Assembly: GCA_040285825.1 (NCBI GenBank)
Contig: JAUPSS010000003.1
Coordinates: 2,046,001-2,110,000, forward strand
Source of the DNA: Eukaryota sp. TZLM1-RC
Taxonomy: Eukaryota > Protista > Metamonada: BaSk clade
Direction: 5' to 3'
DNA: 64,000 bases
Made by a program: the position numbers and the translations under genes. Of this stretch, positions 52,871 to 64,000 are shown one piece after another. Each line of letters starts with the position of its first letter. Position 1 is the first letter of the stretch. The notes beneath the pieces are model-generated. The model had not been told where the DNA came from. It was given only the letters and a program-made list of their open reading frames with translations, and did no database searches.

Positions 52871-54022
52871 TTTTGAATTTTTCCAAAGGTTCCCTTTTGA
52901 TGTTCATCTGATCAATGGTGAATCAAATTTTTATTTGAATCAACTTCAAATCGAATTAGATAATTTGCCTAGTGATATCTGGATTCAGTGTTTTCCTCAA
53001 AATGTTCAAGAAATTCCCACCCGATCACTTCCAAATTTACGTTTTTGCTTGAAAAAGCTTCAGCACCATCTGGTTAAATTATATGAAGGCTTGGATTATG
53101 AAGTAAGACTTGGCTTGGCCAAAACTAAAAATCCCGCTTTCGGTAATTTTTTAAAGGATATTCGTGATAGTTCAGCTGCTGCTTTAGTAACTCAAGTTCC
53201 CTCTGTTTATGGACTTTTGTTAAAAAACAATGAATGGCTTCTCAACATGCGTTTTCGTTGTTTTCTGTGGCCAAACAATTTGCCCAATCATTTAACTTGT
53301 AAATGTGGTAAACCTCTTTTGTTTACTCATCTTTTTGAACTGTAAACATTTCATTACGTTTAGAAGCAAAGTGCATAATAACGTCAGGGACCAAATTTAT
53401 GTAATGTGCAAATCATATCGAGTAGATTCCTTTTTAGAACCGCTGTTATCAAAATTAATTCTTGATGATCCCAATATTGATAGTACGCGTTACAACAGAG
53501 CTTCTATGGGTCTGACTAGAGGTGATCTAGTTGTTCCTGGTTTAAATGGTAGTTTTACTATTTTGGACGCCATGTCTATTGACCCTTGTAATTCCTCTAA
53601 CGAACATCTCATTAACTCGGATGTAAATAATCCTCTTCTTGCAGGCGAAAAATATAAAATTGCTAAATATGCGAAACCCATTTCCTCGGTTAATGAAAAT
53701 TCTCATGCCCAATATAATTTATGTCCATTTGTTTTTTCTTTGCTTGGATCTCTAGGTAAGGCTGCTATGGCTTTCCTTGAGGATTTTGTTGTAGTTGTAA
53801 AGGAAAGAACTGGAAGAATTTTCAATCGTGTTTACTGGCAAAACAGGATTGTATTTTCTATTTTTAAGGGAATGGTAAAACTAATTTCTGATTCACTATC
53901 TTCTTTTGGGAAATTTTCTGAATCTTTAGCAATTAATTGTTTTGATGTAGTGGAGGCAGGTTTTGAGGATGTGGAGTTTTAATTGTGAATTTTATATTTG
54001 TTGTTGAATAAAAATAAATTTA
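52871..54022 (+). mobile_element. Family C 5'-truncated copy; empty-site equivalent of 13761-18429
   Basis: Same 5' junction gattcacgaaagattttgaa; single aaatgtggtaa at ~53301. Confidence 0.88.
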
Positions 54023-54191
54023 ACCTATTTCTTCTTTAGATATAGAAAAACATATTAAATTTTTCATGCTTAAAAAAATTTGCTACACTGGGAGAATGAC
54101 CCACATTTTGAGATCTTGTGCTCCTTCCATAGCATTAGATTTTTGTCGTTCTTTTAATTCATTGAGAACAGAATTTTTTGCTGATTGATTT

Positions 54192-55047
54192 TTTTTTTAG
54201 TAACAACAATTTTATTCTAAACCTATAAATCAACATCTAAAAAATCCATCTCTCCCAAAACAAAAACACTAGATGCAACTCTCTCATAGTGAGATCCAAG
54301 AGAAAGCAAAGCATCAGAAACCATCTTCAACATCCCCTTAAAAATAGAAAACACAATTCTATTTTGCCAAAACAATCTGTTGAAATTTCTGCCAGTTCTT
54401 CTCTTTACAATCATTTCAAAATCATCCAAAAAACGTAAAGCAGTTGGTGCAAGTGAACCAAAAAGGGAAAATACAAATGGATACAAATTGTATTTTGCAT
54501 GCTGTAGACTGGCCAATTTGGACAAAGGTTCATTGTATTTTTTGAATTTAAAATTTTCAGCATTTGAAAGGGGATTATGAATTTCAGAGTTAACAAGCCT
54601 TTCATTTGAGGCATTACAAGGATCAACAGACATTACATCCAATAAAATAAAGCTTCCATCTAATCCAGGTAATATGACATCACCTCTATTATTCTTATGA
54701 AAATCATTTTCAGCATCAAACAGATTTGACAACAGAGGTTCCAAGAAGGATTCAATTCTATGAGATTTACACATACAATATAACTGGTCTCTTACAGCAT
54801 CATGAACCTTGCTTCTAAAAGTAATAAAATGTTTACAATTTAACAAATGAGTAGTTGTAATTTCTCGAGAACATTTACAAATTAAATTATGAGGTAAATT
54901 ATCAGGCCAGATAAAGGAACGAAATCTCATATTCAGAGTCCAAGCAGAATCGGATAAGAGAGTACCATATACTTGCGGAATTGTTGTTACTAAGGCAGAA
55001 GAAGTACTGTCACACATATCTTGTAAAAGATTTGCAAAAGCGGGAAA
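54192..55047 (-). mobile_element. Family A 5'-truncated copy flanked by a ~280-bp direct duplication
   Basis: ORF 54223-55017; 53911-54191 is repeated at ~55049-55329. Confidence 0.85.
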
Positions 55048-55321
55048 AAAATTTTCTGAATCTTTAGCAATTAATTGTTTTGATGTAGTGGAGGCAGGTT
55101 TTGAGGATGTGGAGTTTTAATTGTGAATTTTATATTTGTTGTTGAATAAAAATAAATTTAACCTATTTCTTCTTTAGATATAGAAAAACATATTAAATTT
55201 TTCATGCTTAAAAAAATTTGCTACACTGGGAGAATGACCCACATTTTGAGATCTTGTGCTCCTTCCATAGCATTAGATTTTTGTCGTTCTTTTAATTCAT
55301 TGAGAACAGAATTTTTTGCTG

Positions 55322-56168
55322 ATTGATTTGAAGGACAGTTCATCTGCAGTTTTGATAAATCAAATTCCCCAGATTTATGGTCTATTTTTGAATGACGACC
55401 AATGGACCACTGCTATGAGAATGCGTTGTTATTTATGGCCTTGTAATTTGCCCAATGATTTGTTTTGTAAATGTGGAGTTGGTTTGACATTATCACATTT
55501 ATTTAATTGTAATAGATATATTTCCTATCGTTCTACGTTACATGATGCAGTCAGAGATCAAATCCATGCAATGTGTAATTCCTATCATATTGAATCTTTT
55601 GTAGAACCTTTGTTGAGGTCTCTTGATGTAAATGAAAGCGTAAGAGATTCAGAATATGGAAAACGACGTGCTGATGTTGTTGTGCCCTCGTTTGATGATG
55701 TCATGAATGTTGTTGATGTCGTAACAGTGGATGTATGCAAGAAAAATGCCTTGAAAAATGCTCAATCCGAAGTATCCCCCCTTGATGACTCCGAATTGTA
55801 CAAACGGAAAAAGTATGCAAATCCTTTAAAAGAATTGAAACATGTTCGCCATGTAGATTACCAAATTTGCCCATTTGCTATATCGTTGTATGGTCGTCTT
55901 GGAAAAACTGCTTTGAATTTTATTGATGATTTTGAAAATCTTGTGAAAAAAAGAATGAATCAGCGTTTTGATCGTCGCTTGTGGCTAAATCGTATTGTTT
56001 TTACTATTTTCAAATCAATTCCTAAAATGATTTCGAAAGCTTTAATGTCTGTCAGTGCACATTATGAAAACATTGCTGCTGTAAGGTTTGATGGTGTGGA
56101 AGCTTGTTTTGAAGATATTGACTTTTAGACTGTGGTTTTGAAAATAAATTAAAATTAAATTAAAAAAC
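55322..56168 (+). mobile_element. Family B 3' part
   Basis: ORF 55316-56128 ending CFEDIDF. Confidence 0.87.
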
Positions 56169-57497
56169 AAAGATTTATTGGATGTAGAACCAGGGATGTT
56201 GAAAAGCCATTTATTTTCTTCAGCAAATTTGGGTGGTATTGGATTTACTAAGTCTTCAATTTTGTGTCAATCAGCATTCTTGGGTGGTGGCAAAAATTTT
56301 ATTTATGAATTTTCTCGTAGATTTCCTGATGATTCTCATCTGTTAGTTCCCAATTGCAGTTCTTATTTGTATGAGTTATCTTGTGAACTTGAAAAATTGC
56401 CGCCACAAATTTGGACCAAATGTTTTCCTCAATCAATTCAAGAAATTCCAAACCGATCTCTTTTTAATTTACAGTTTTGCTGTAAAAAGCTTCAACAAAA
56501 ATTGTCAAAGATTTTTGAAAGCTTGGATTTTGATGTTAGACTTGGCTTGGCCAAGAAAAAGAATCCCGCTTTTGCAAATCTTTTACAAGATATGCGTGAC
56601 AGTACTTCTTCTGCCTTAGTAACAACAATTCCACAAGTTTATGGTACTCTCTTATCCGATTCTGCTTGGACTCTGAATATGAGATTTCGTTCCTTTATCT
56701 GGCCTGATAATTTACCTCATAATTTAATTTGTAAATGTTCTCGAGAAATTACAACTACTGATTTGTTAAATTAATTTATTGAATTTGCACACTTGATTAA
56801 ATTAAATCATAACTAATGGGACGACTATCATTAAACCAAGGTTTGTCAAATTGTAAACATTTTATTACTTTTAGAAGCAAGGTTCATGATGCTGTGAGAG
56901 ACCAGTTATATTGTATGTGTAAATCTCATAGAATTGAATCCTTCTTGGAACCTCTGTTGTCAAATCTGTTTGATGCTGAAGATGATTTTCATAAGAATAA
57001 TGGAGGTGATGTTATATTACCTGGATTAGATGGAAGTTTCATTTTAGTGGATGTAATGTCTGTTGATCCTTGTAATGCCTCAAATGAAAGGCTAGTTAAT
57101 TCTGAAATTCATAATCCCCTTTCAAATGCTGAAAATCTTAAATTGAAAAAATACAATGAACCTTTGTCCAAATTGGCCAGTCTACAGCATGCAAAATACA
57201 ATTTGTATCCATTTGTATTTTCCCTTTTTGGTTCACTTGCACCAACTGCTTTACGTTTTTTGGATGATTTTGAAATGATTGTAAAGAGAAGAACTGGGAG
57301 AAATTTCAACAGATTGTTTTGGCAAAATAGAATTGTGTTTTCTATTTTTAAGGGGATGTTGAAGATGGTTTCTGATGCTTTGCTTTCTCTTGGATCTCAC
57401 TATGAGAGAGTTGCATCTAGTGTTTTTGTTCTGGGAGAGATGGATTTTTTAGATGTTGATTTATAGGTTTTGAATAAAATTAAAATTTTGTTAAAAA
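56169..57497 (+). mobile_element. Family A 3' part containing a ~70-bp family E tail (56773-56841, minus)
   Basis: TSD tttgt(t/c)aaatt (56762-56772 / 56842-56852). Confidence 0.84.
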
Positions 57498-57520
57498 ATC
57501 TGCAAATCTTTCGTGAATCT

Positions 57521-60020
57521 TTTTTTTTTAATTTATTTTTATTCAACAACAAATATGAAATACAATTAATTTATTGAATTTGCACACTTGATTAAATTAA
57601 ATCATAACTAATGGGACGACTATCATTAAACCAAGATTTCCTCTACAAAATCTTGATTTGCTTGCTGTCTAGCTAAAGCTTCTCTAATTCGATTGAAAAA
57701 CCGCGGTAATCTATTAATAATGGCAAATTGAATCCGTGAACGCCATAAAAAAATATCAAATCTTTTCATTGATTTTTCTTTCACCATTTTTTGGAAGTCA
57801 TCCAAAAAAGTTTCTGCTTCAACTGATAATCTTCCATTTATCGAAAATGGAAAAGCAATAAAAACCAGCTGTGTATTTCTATCGATATTTGCATCTTCAA
57901 TTTCTTTATCATATTTTCTATGTTTTTCTTTTGCTTTAAAATCCAGAGCAGCCACAGGATTAAGTTTTCTTCTGTGAACCAAAGTATTGTTTGCAACATT
58001 ACATGAGACAAAGTCAACAATAGCTTCAGAATTATCAATCCAATCACAGTATACATCACCTCTATCATCAGAACCAAAATTATTCAGAGAAAGTGTTTCT
58101 TTCAGCAGGGGCTCTTTGATACACGATATCCTTGCAGTTTGTGCCATATTGAAAACAGTGTCTCTAACAGCATCATGTAATGAAGAACGATAAGTTATCA
58201 ATTTAGAGCAATTTAGAGCATGGCGCAAAGTGAGTTGAGGTGAATTCGAACAAATACATTTTTCTTTTGATAATAATTGGTTAATGGGGATGTTCAAATA
58301 TAATCTCATTTTTGTTACAAATGCTTCATTAGTAGCACACAATCCAAATCTTCGTGGTACAATGGTTACAAAAAGTGAAGAATCTGACACCTTGTTTTCA
58401 CAAACACCCTTTTCCAATAACAATGAGTGAAGATCTTATATATGAAATACACAATTAAAACTCCACATCCTCAAAACCTGCCTCCCCTACATCAAAACAA
58501 TTAATTGCTAAAGATTCAGAAAATTTCCCAAAAGAAGATAGTGAATCAGAAATTAGTGTTACCATTCCCTTAAAAATAGAAAATACAATCCTGTTTTGCC
58601 AGTAAACACGATTGAAAATTCTTCCAGTTCTTTCCTTTACAACTACAACAAAATCCTCAAGGAAAGCCATAGCAGCCTTACCTAGAGATCCAAGCAAAGA
58701 AAAAACAAATGGACATAAATTATATTGGGCATGAGAATTTTCATTAACCGAGGAAATGGGTTTCGCATATTTAGCAATTTTATATTTTTCGCCTGCAAGA
58801 AGAGGATTATTTACATCCGAGTTAATGAAATGTTCGTTAGAGGAATTACAAGGGTCAATAGACATGGCGTCCAAAATAGTAAAACTACCATTTAAACCAG
58901 GAACAACTAGATCACCTCTAGTCAGACCCATAGAAGCTCTGTTGTAACGCGTACTATCAATATTGGGATCATCAAGAATTAATTTTGATAAAAGCGGTTC
59001 TAAAAAGGAATCTACTCGATATGATTTGCACATTACATAAATTTGGTCCCTGACGTTATTATGCACTTTGCTTCTAAACGTAATGAAATGTTTACAGTTC
59101 AAAAGATGAGTAAACAAAAGAGGTTTACCACATTTACAAGTTAAATGATTGGGCAAATTGTTTGGCCACAGAAAACAACGAAAACGCATGTTGAGAAGCC
59201 ATTCATTGTTTTTTAACAAAAGTCCATAAACAGAGGGAACTTGAGTTACTAAAGCAGCAGCTGAACTATCACGAATATCCTTTAAAAAATTACCAAAAGC
59301 GGGATTTTTAGTTTTGGCCAAGCCAAGTCTTACTTCATAATCCAAGCCTTCATATAATTTAACCAGATGGTGCTGAAGCTTTTTCAAGCAAAAACGTAAA
59401 TTTGGAAGTGATCGGGTGGGAATTTCTTGAACATTTTGAGGAAAACACTGAATCCAGATATCACTAGGCAAATTTTCTAATTCAAATTGCAGTTGATTCA
59501 AGTAAAAATTTGATTCACCATTGATCAGATGAACATCAAAAGGGAACCTTTGGAAAAATTCAAAAACAAAATTTTTACCACCTCCCAAAAATGCTGCTTT
59601 ACACAGAATCGAAGATTTGGTGAATCCAATGCCACCCAAATCTGCTGAACAAAATACATGACTTCGAATTAAAGATTCATTTACTTCTAATAAAGAAGAA
59701 AAAAATTTAACTCGAAGTTTGTTAAAAGATCTGCAAAAATTGAGAGATACCGATGGGGGTGTTGACCTTAAAGTATGAGTGAATTTTCCGGAATAACAAA
59801 TTTTTAAAATAAAAAAATTTGATGTGTTTCTCAATGTCACATTCAGCAATAAAACTAAGATCCTTGTCAAACTTCTCCAATAAATTGTTTAACTGGGAAT
59901 AAATTTCATCCAAATTGCCAAGCCAACATCCAAGAAACTTAAAAGCTTGTTGGTTATAATTGATAAAAAGGAATCTGAGCTCCACCAATTATCAAAGATT
60001 GTTTTTCTCTACCAATCAAG
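57521..60020 (-). mobile_element. Family C 5'-truncated copy with E (57565-58439, minus) in its 3' UTR
   Basis: ORFs 58455-59870 (C) and 57626-58423 (E); TSD atatgaaataca (57553-57564 / 58440-58451). Confidence 0.87.
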
Positions 60021-60856
60021 AAAGAAGAAATTGAATCAAGTTCAATTTTCATTTTTTCCAAAATAACTTGCAATTCATTCTGAATTTGAGGCACATTTCC
60101 TAACCAACAACCAAGGAACTTAAAAGCATCACTACTATAATTAGTAAAAGGGACAATAGAATCGTTTATCACGAGCTCTTGAGCAGAAGAGCCAATCAGA
60201 AGGCATTTGCTGGCATTAAGATGAAGCCCAATATTTTCATATGAATCGGCAATTTCTTGAGCAACCAATTCTAGTAAATCAAATGAACCAATCAAGGATA
60301 TATCATCCATATAAGCAACTATTTTTATAGAAGGGTATTTTTGCTTAATGATATTTAAAGTTTTGTGAATAGCTAAACAAAACAATAATGGGCCTAAAGG
60401 ATCTCCCTGCTTCACTCCAGAAGATGATTTAAGAGCAAATGAATTAAAAATTAAATCTGATTCTTTACCATAAAAATGGTAGAAAAAACTCGATAGCTCA
60501 GGAAAATCAGATTTAATAACTTCAAAAATTGCTTCTCGCTTTACAGAATTAAAAGCATTTTTAAAGTCTAGATTAAAAATAAAATTATTTTCCTCTGCAT
60601 TAAAAAAGGTATCAGAGGCAATAGCAGCAACAGAAGCACCATCAATTGTTTTGATTCCAAATTGATGAGGATTCAAAAATGTAGAAGCTTTGTCTTTGAC
60701 ACGATCGAAGACAATTGATGCCAGCAAACGAGAAAGAGATTCACCAACAGCAATTGGGCGTATTCCATCAGGTTTGATTCCGTTTCCAGGCTTTACTAAA
60801 GCAATCAGACGTGCTGCGAGTAATTCAAATGGAGGATTAATTTTCAAAACAATTAA

Positions 60857-60888
<32 letters not shown>

Positions 60889-61850
60889 ATTTTATTCTAA
60901 ACCTATAAATCAACATCTAAAAAATCCATCTCTCCCAAAACAAAAACACTAGATGCAACTCTCTCATAGTGAGATCCAAGAGAAAGCAAAGCATCAGAAA
61001 CCATCTTCAACATCCCCTTAAAAATAGAAAACACAATTCTATTTTGCCAAAACAATCTGTGGAAATTTCTGCCAGTTCTTCTCTTTACAATCATTTCAAA
61101 ATCATCCAAAAAACGTAAAGCAGTTGGTGCAAGTGAACCAAAAAGGGAAAATACAAATGGATACAAATTGTATTTTGCATGCTGTAGACTGGCCAATTTG
61201 GACAAAGTTATTCAATTTCAACAATTAATTGTTGAAAATTTTTTTTTAATTTATTTATTTTTAAAACTGGAATAATATGTTGAAAATAATGGGCTAGATC
61301 ATCAGCAATTTCGGGAGCACTGGAACACGCTATTTTTAAGAGATCAAAAGAAATTCCAGATGGGCCTGCTGCTTTCCCCTTAGGTAATTTTTGAATAGCT
61401 TTAAGAACTTCAATTGCAGCAATAGGATTTTCAATCCAAAAAGGACACACATCAGGCTTGCTGCACTTGAAATTTTCTTGAGGATGCAACTTTTGAAGTT
61501 TTTCAAGGGTATCAGAGTTTGCATCAGCCAAAGAAGAGGAAAACAAAGACTGCTTTGCGGCACCATAACGACCACGTAAGCACAATTTTCGGCAAATTTT
61601 TGATTTTACAATTTTTCTATTTCCAAATTTTTTCTTAAAACAATTTTTGTTTTTTCTAGCAAAATATTTCCAGAAGGATGAAATATTCCACTTATTATTT
61701 TTCAATTCAGAAGTAAAATTTCTCATTTCCATTGAGAAGGGGATTGTGCTGGCGGGACTTATTTCTACTGGGATCCGGATCGGGGGTCTTACGGTATCAA
61801 CGGCTTTACAATTCGCACAAAACAGAAGTTTTCGACCATTTCGTGAATCT
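60021..61850 (-). mobile_element. Family A RT-region fragment containing an A 3' end (60859-61219) and a ~38-bp F tail (61240-61277)
   Basis: TSDs aacaattaatt (60848-60858 / 61220-61230) and tgttgaaaat (61230-61239 / 61278-61287). Confidence 0.84.
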
Positions 61851-62526
61851 TTTTTTTATTTAAATTTAATTTTATTCAAAACCTATAAATCAACATCTAA
61901 AAAATCCATCTCTCCCAAAACAAAAACACTAGATGCAACTCTCTCATAGTGAGATCCAAGAGAAAGCAAAGCATCAGAAACCATCTTCAACATCCCCTTA
62001 AAAATAGAAAACACAATTCTATTTTGCCAAAACAATCTGTTGAAATTTCTCCCAGTTCTTCTCTTTACAATCAACTCAAAATCATCCAAAAAACGTAAAG
62101 CAGTTGGTGCAGGTGAACCAAAAAGGGAAAATACAAATGGATACAAATTGTATTTTGCATGTTGTAGACTGGCCAATTTGGACAAAGGTTCATTGTATTT
62201 TTTGAATTTAAAATTTTCAGCATTTGAAAGGGGATTATGAATTTCAGAATTAACAAGCCTTTCATTTGAGGCATTACAAGGATCAACAGACATTACATCC
62301 AATAAAATGAAGCTTCCATCTAATCCAGGTAATATGACATCACCTCTATTATTCTTATGAAAATCATTTTCAGCATCAAACAGATTTGACAACAGAGGTT
62401 CCAAGAAGGATTCAATTCTATGAGATTTACACATACAATATAACTGGTCTCTTACAGCATCATGAACCTTGCTTCTAAAAGTAATAAAATGTTTACAATT
62501 TAACAAATGAGTAATTGTAATTTCTC
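61851..62526 (-). mobile_element. Family A 3' copy
   Basis: ORF 61883-62506 and T-run tail. Confidence 0.86.
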
Positions 62527-62592
62527 ACCTCTATTGATTGAGGAAAACATTTGTATTTTTTGAATTAAAAATTTTCAGCATTTGAAAGGGGA

Positions 62593-64000
62593 TCTTTAGC
62601 AATTAATTGTTTTGATGTAGGGGAGGCAGGTTTTGAGGATGTGGAGTTTTAATTGTGTATTTCATATTTGTTGTTGAATAAAAATAAAAAGAAATTTAAA
62701 CAAAAAAATCCAGGTAATATAACATCACCTCTATTATTCTTATGAAAATCATCTTCAGCATCAAACAGATTTGACAACAGAGGTTCCAAGAAGGATTCAA
62801 TTCTATGAGATTTACACATACAATATAACTGGTCTCTTACAGCATCATGAACCTTGCTTCTAAAAGTAATAAAATGTTTACAATTTAACAAATGAGTAGT
62901 TGTAATTTTTCGAGAACATTTACAAATTAAATTATGAGGTAAATTATCAGGCCAGATAAAGGAACGAAATCTCATATTCAGAGTCCAAGCAGAATCGGAT
63001 AAGAGAGTACCATAAACTTGTGGAATTGTTGTTACTAAGGCAGAAGAAGTACTGTCACACATATCTTGTAAAAGATTTGCAAAAGCAGGATTCTTTTTCT
63101 TGGCCAAGCCAAGTCTAACATCAAAATCCAAGCTTTCAAAAATCTTTGACAATTTTTGTTGAATCTGCAAATCTTTCGTGAATCTGCAACATCTTTTTTG
63201 CAAAATGGACAACAAAAATTACTGTTTTCAGAAGGGGAAGAAGAGGGAACACTAGAAGCATTTAACTGTTGATCGTCAGAAACATTATTTTCAGCACCTT
63301 TCACAACGGCAACAGCTGGAACAGAACATTTGAGAATTTGTTGAGCAGATTTTAATTCAAATTCACCTCTATTTTTTTTTACAAAATTTTAATTTTATTC
63401 AAAACCTATAAATCAACATCTAAAAAATCCATCTCTCCCAAAACAAAAACACTAGATGCAACTCTCTCATAGTGAGATCCAAGAGAAAGCAAAGCATCAG
63501 AAACCATCTTCAACATCCCCTTAAAAATAGAAAACACAATTCTATTTTGCCAAAACAATCTGTTGAAATTTCTCCCAGTTCTTCTCTTTTAGATCAATTC
63601 AAAATCATCCAAAAAACGTAAAGCAGTTGGTGCAAGTGAACCAAAAAAGGAAAATACAAATGGATACAAATTGTATTTTGCATGTTGTAGACTGGCCAAT
63701 TTGGACAAAGGTTCATTGTATTTTTTGAATTTAAAATTTTCAGCATTTGAAAGGGGATTATGAATTTCAGAATTAACAAGCCTTTCATTTGAGGCATTAC
63801 AAGGATCAACAGACATTACATCCAATAAAATGAAGCTTCCATCTAATCCAGGTAATATGACATCACCTCTATTATTCTTATGAAAATCATTTTCAGCATC
63901 AAACAGATTTGACAACAGAGGTTCCAAGAAGGATTCAATTCTATGAGATTTACACATACAATATAACTGGTCTCTTACAGCATCATGAACCTTGCTTCTA
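62593..64000. mobile_element. Mosaic: C 3' end (+, 62593-62708), A fragments (-, 62709-63372), A 3' copy (-, 63372-64000)
   Basis: Junctions match those at ~18410-18440 (direct) and ~13550-13760 (inverted). Confidence 0.8.

Larger units (their letters stand above)
1..64000. repeat. Continuous nested cluster of RLE-type (CRE-like) non-LTR retrotransposons, six families, no host genes
   Basis: Every long ORF is a piece of one of six related RT/RLE proteins. Junctions abut directly and many are flanked by TSDs. Confidence 0.93.

Noticed and set aside
13718-60916. Chimeric ORFs (13718-14650, 18831-20012, 33038-33976, 59954-60916) as novel fusion proteins
   Set aside because: Each crosses an insertion junction, so an open frame is expected by chance. 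No evidence of selection or expression.
2875-63809. Recurrent short ORFs (MKFLPVLLF..., MILVMPQMK..., MGFAYLAIL..., MSYLVNLK...) as separate genes
   Set aside because: They are antisense or alternate-frame shadows of the element ORF, recur only because the element is repeated, and mostly begin at non-ATG starts.
1-64000. Frameshifts as proof that most copies are dead pseudogenes
   Set aside because: Nearly all indels I checked are +/-1 in homopolymer runs, typical of long-read consensus error. The full-length copy at 14203 may be intact; polishing is needed.
1-64000. Conserved host target repeat (spliced leader, rDNA, snRNA, tRNA, telomeric or microsatellite repeat) between elements
   Set aside because: None recognised. 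Every junction I traced leads straight into another element, apart from short fillers.
1-64000. LTR retrotransposon, DIRS or DNA transposon components
   Set aside because: No integrase, tyrosine recombinase, protease, RNase H, LTRs or terminal inverted repeats seen.

Overview
AT-rich eukaryotic DNA (standard code, AATAAA + A/T tails). As far as I can trace it, the whole 64 kb is built from non-LTR retrotransposons with a single ORF: N-terminal CCHC knuckle and C4 zinc motif, RT with YMDD, then a C-terminal zinc motif and restriction-like endonuclease. This architecture is CRE/SLACS-like (R2 superclade). I found no host gene or unique spacer. Six families, labelled A-F here by their C-termini, are present: A ...DFLDVDL (about 30 copies or fragments), B ...CFEDIDF, C ...GFEDVEF, D ...NLVSYVF, E ...FVEEILV, F ...CLEDIEF. 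They sit in both orientations and insert into one another. About 20 target-site duplications (TSDs, mostly 10-14 bp) can be read directly and reconstruct nests up to five levels deep. The TSDs share no consensus, although RLE elements are classically sequence-specific, so targeting looks region-directed; a centromere, subtelomere or TE-sink is my hypothesis. Overlaid on the nesting are a multi-family composite cassette present 2-3 times, a tandem duplication consistent with unequal crossover, a twin-priming-type 5' inversion, an RT-deleted derivative, a ~280-bp flanking duplication and recurrent insertion sites. Most frameshifts lie in homopolymers and may be long-read errors. Element boundaries are approximate to a few bp.
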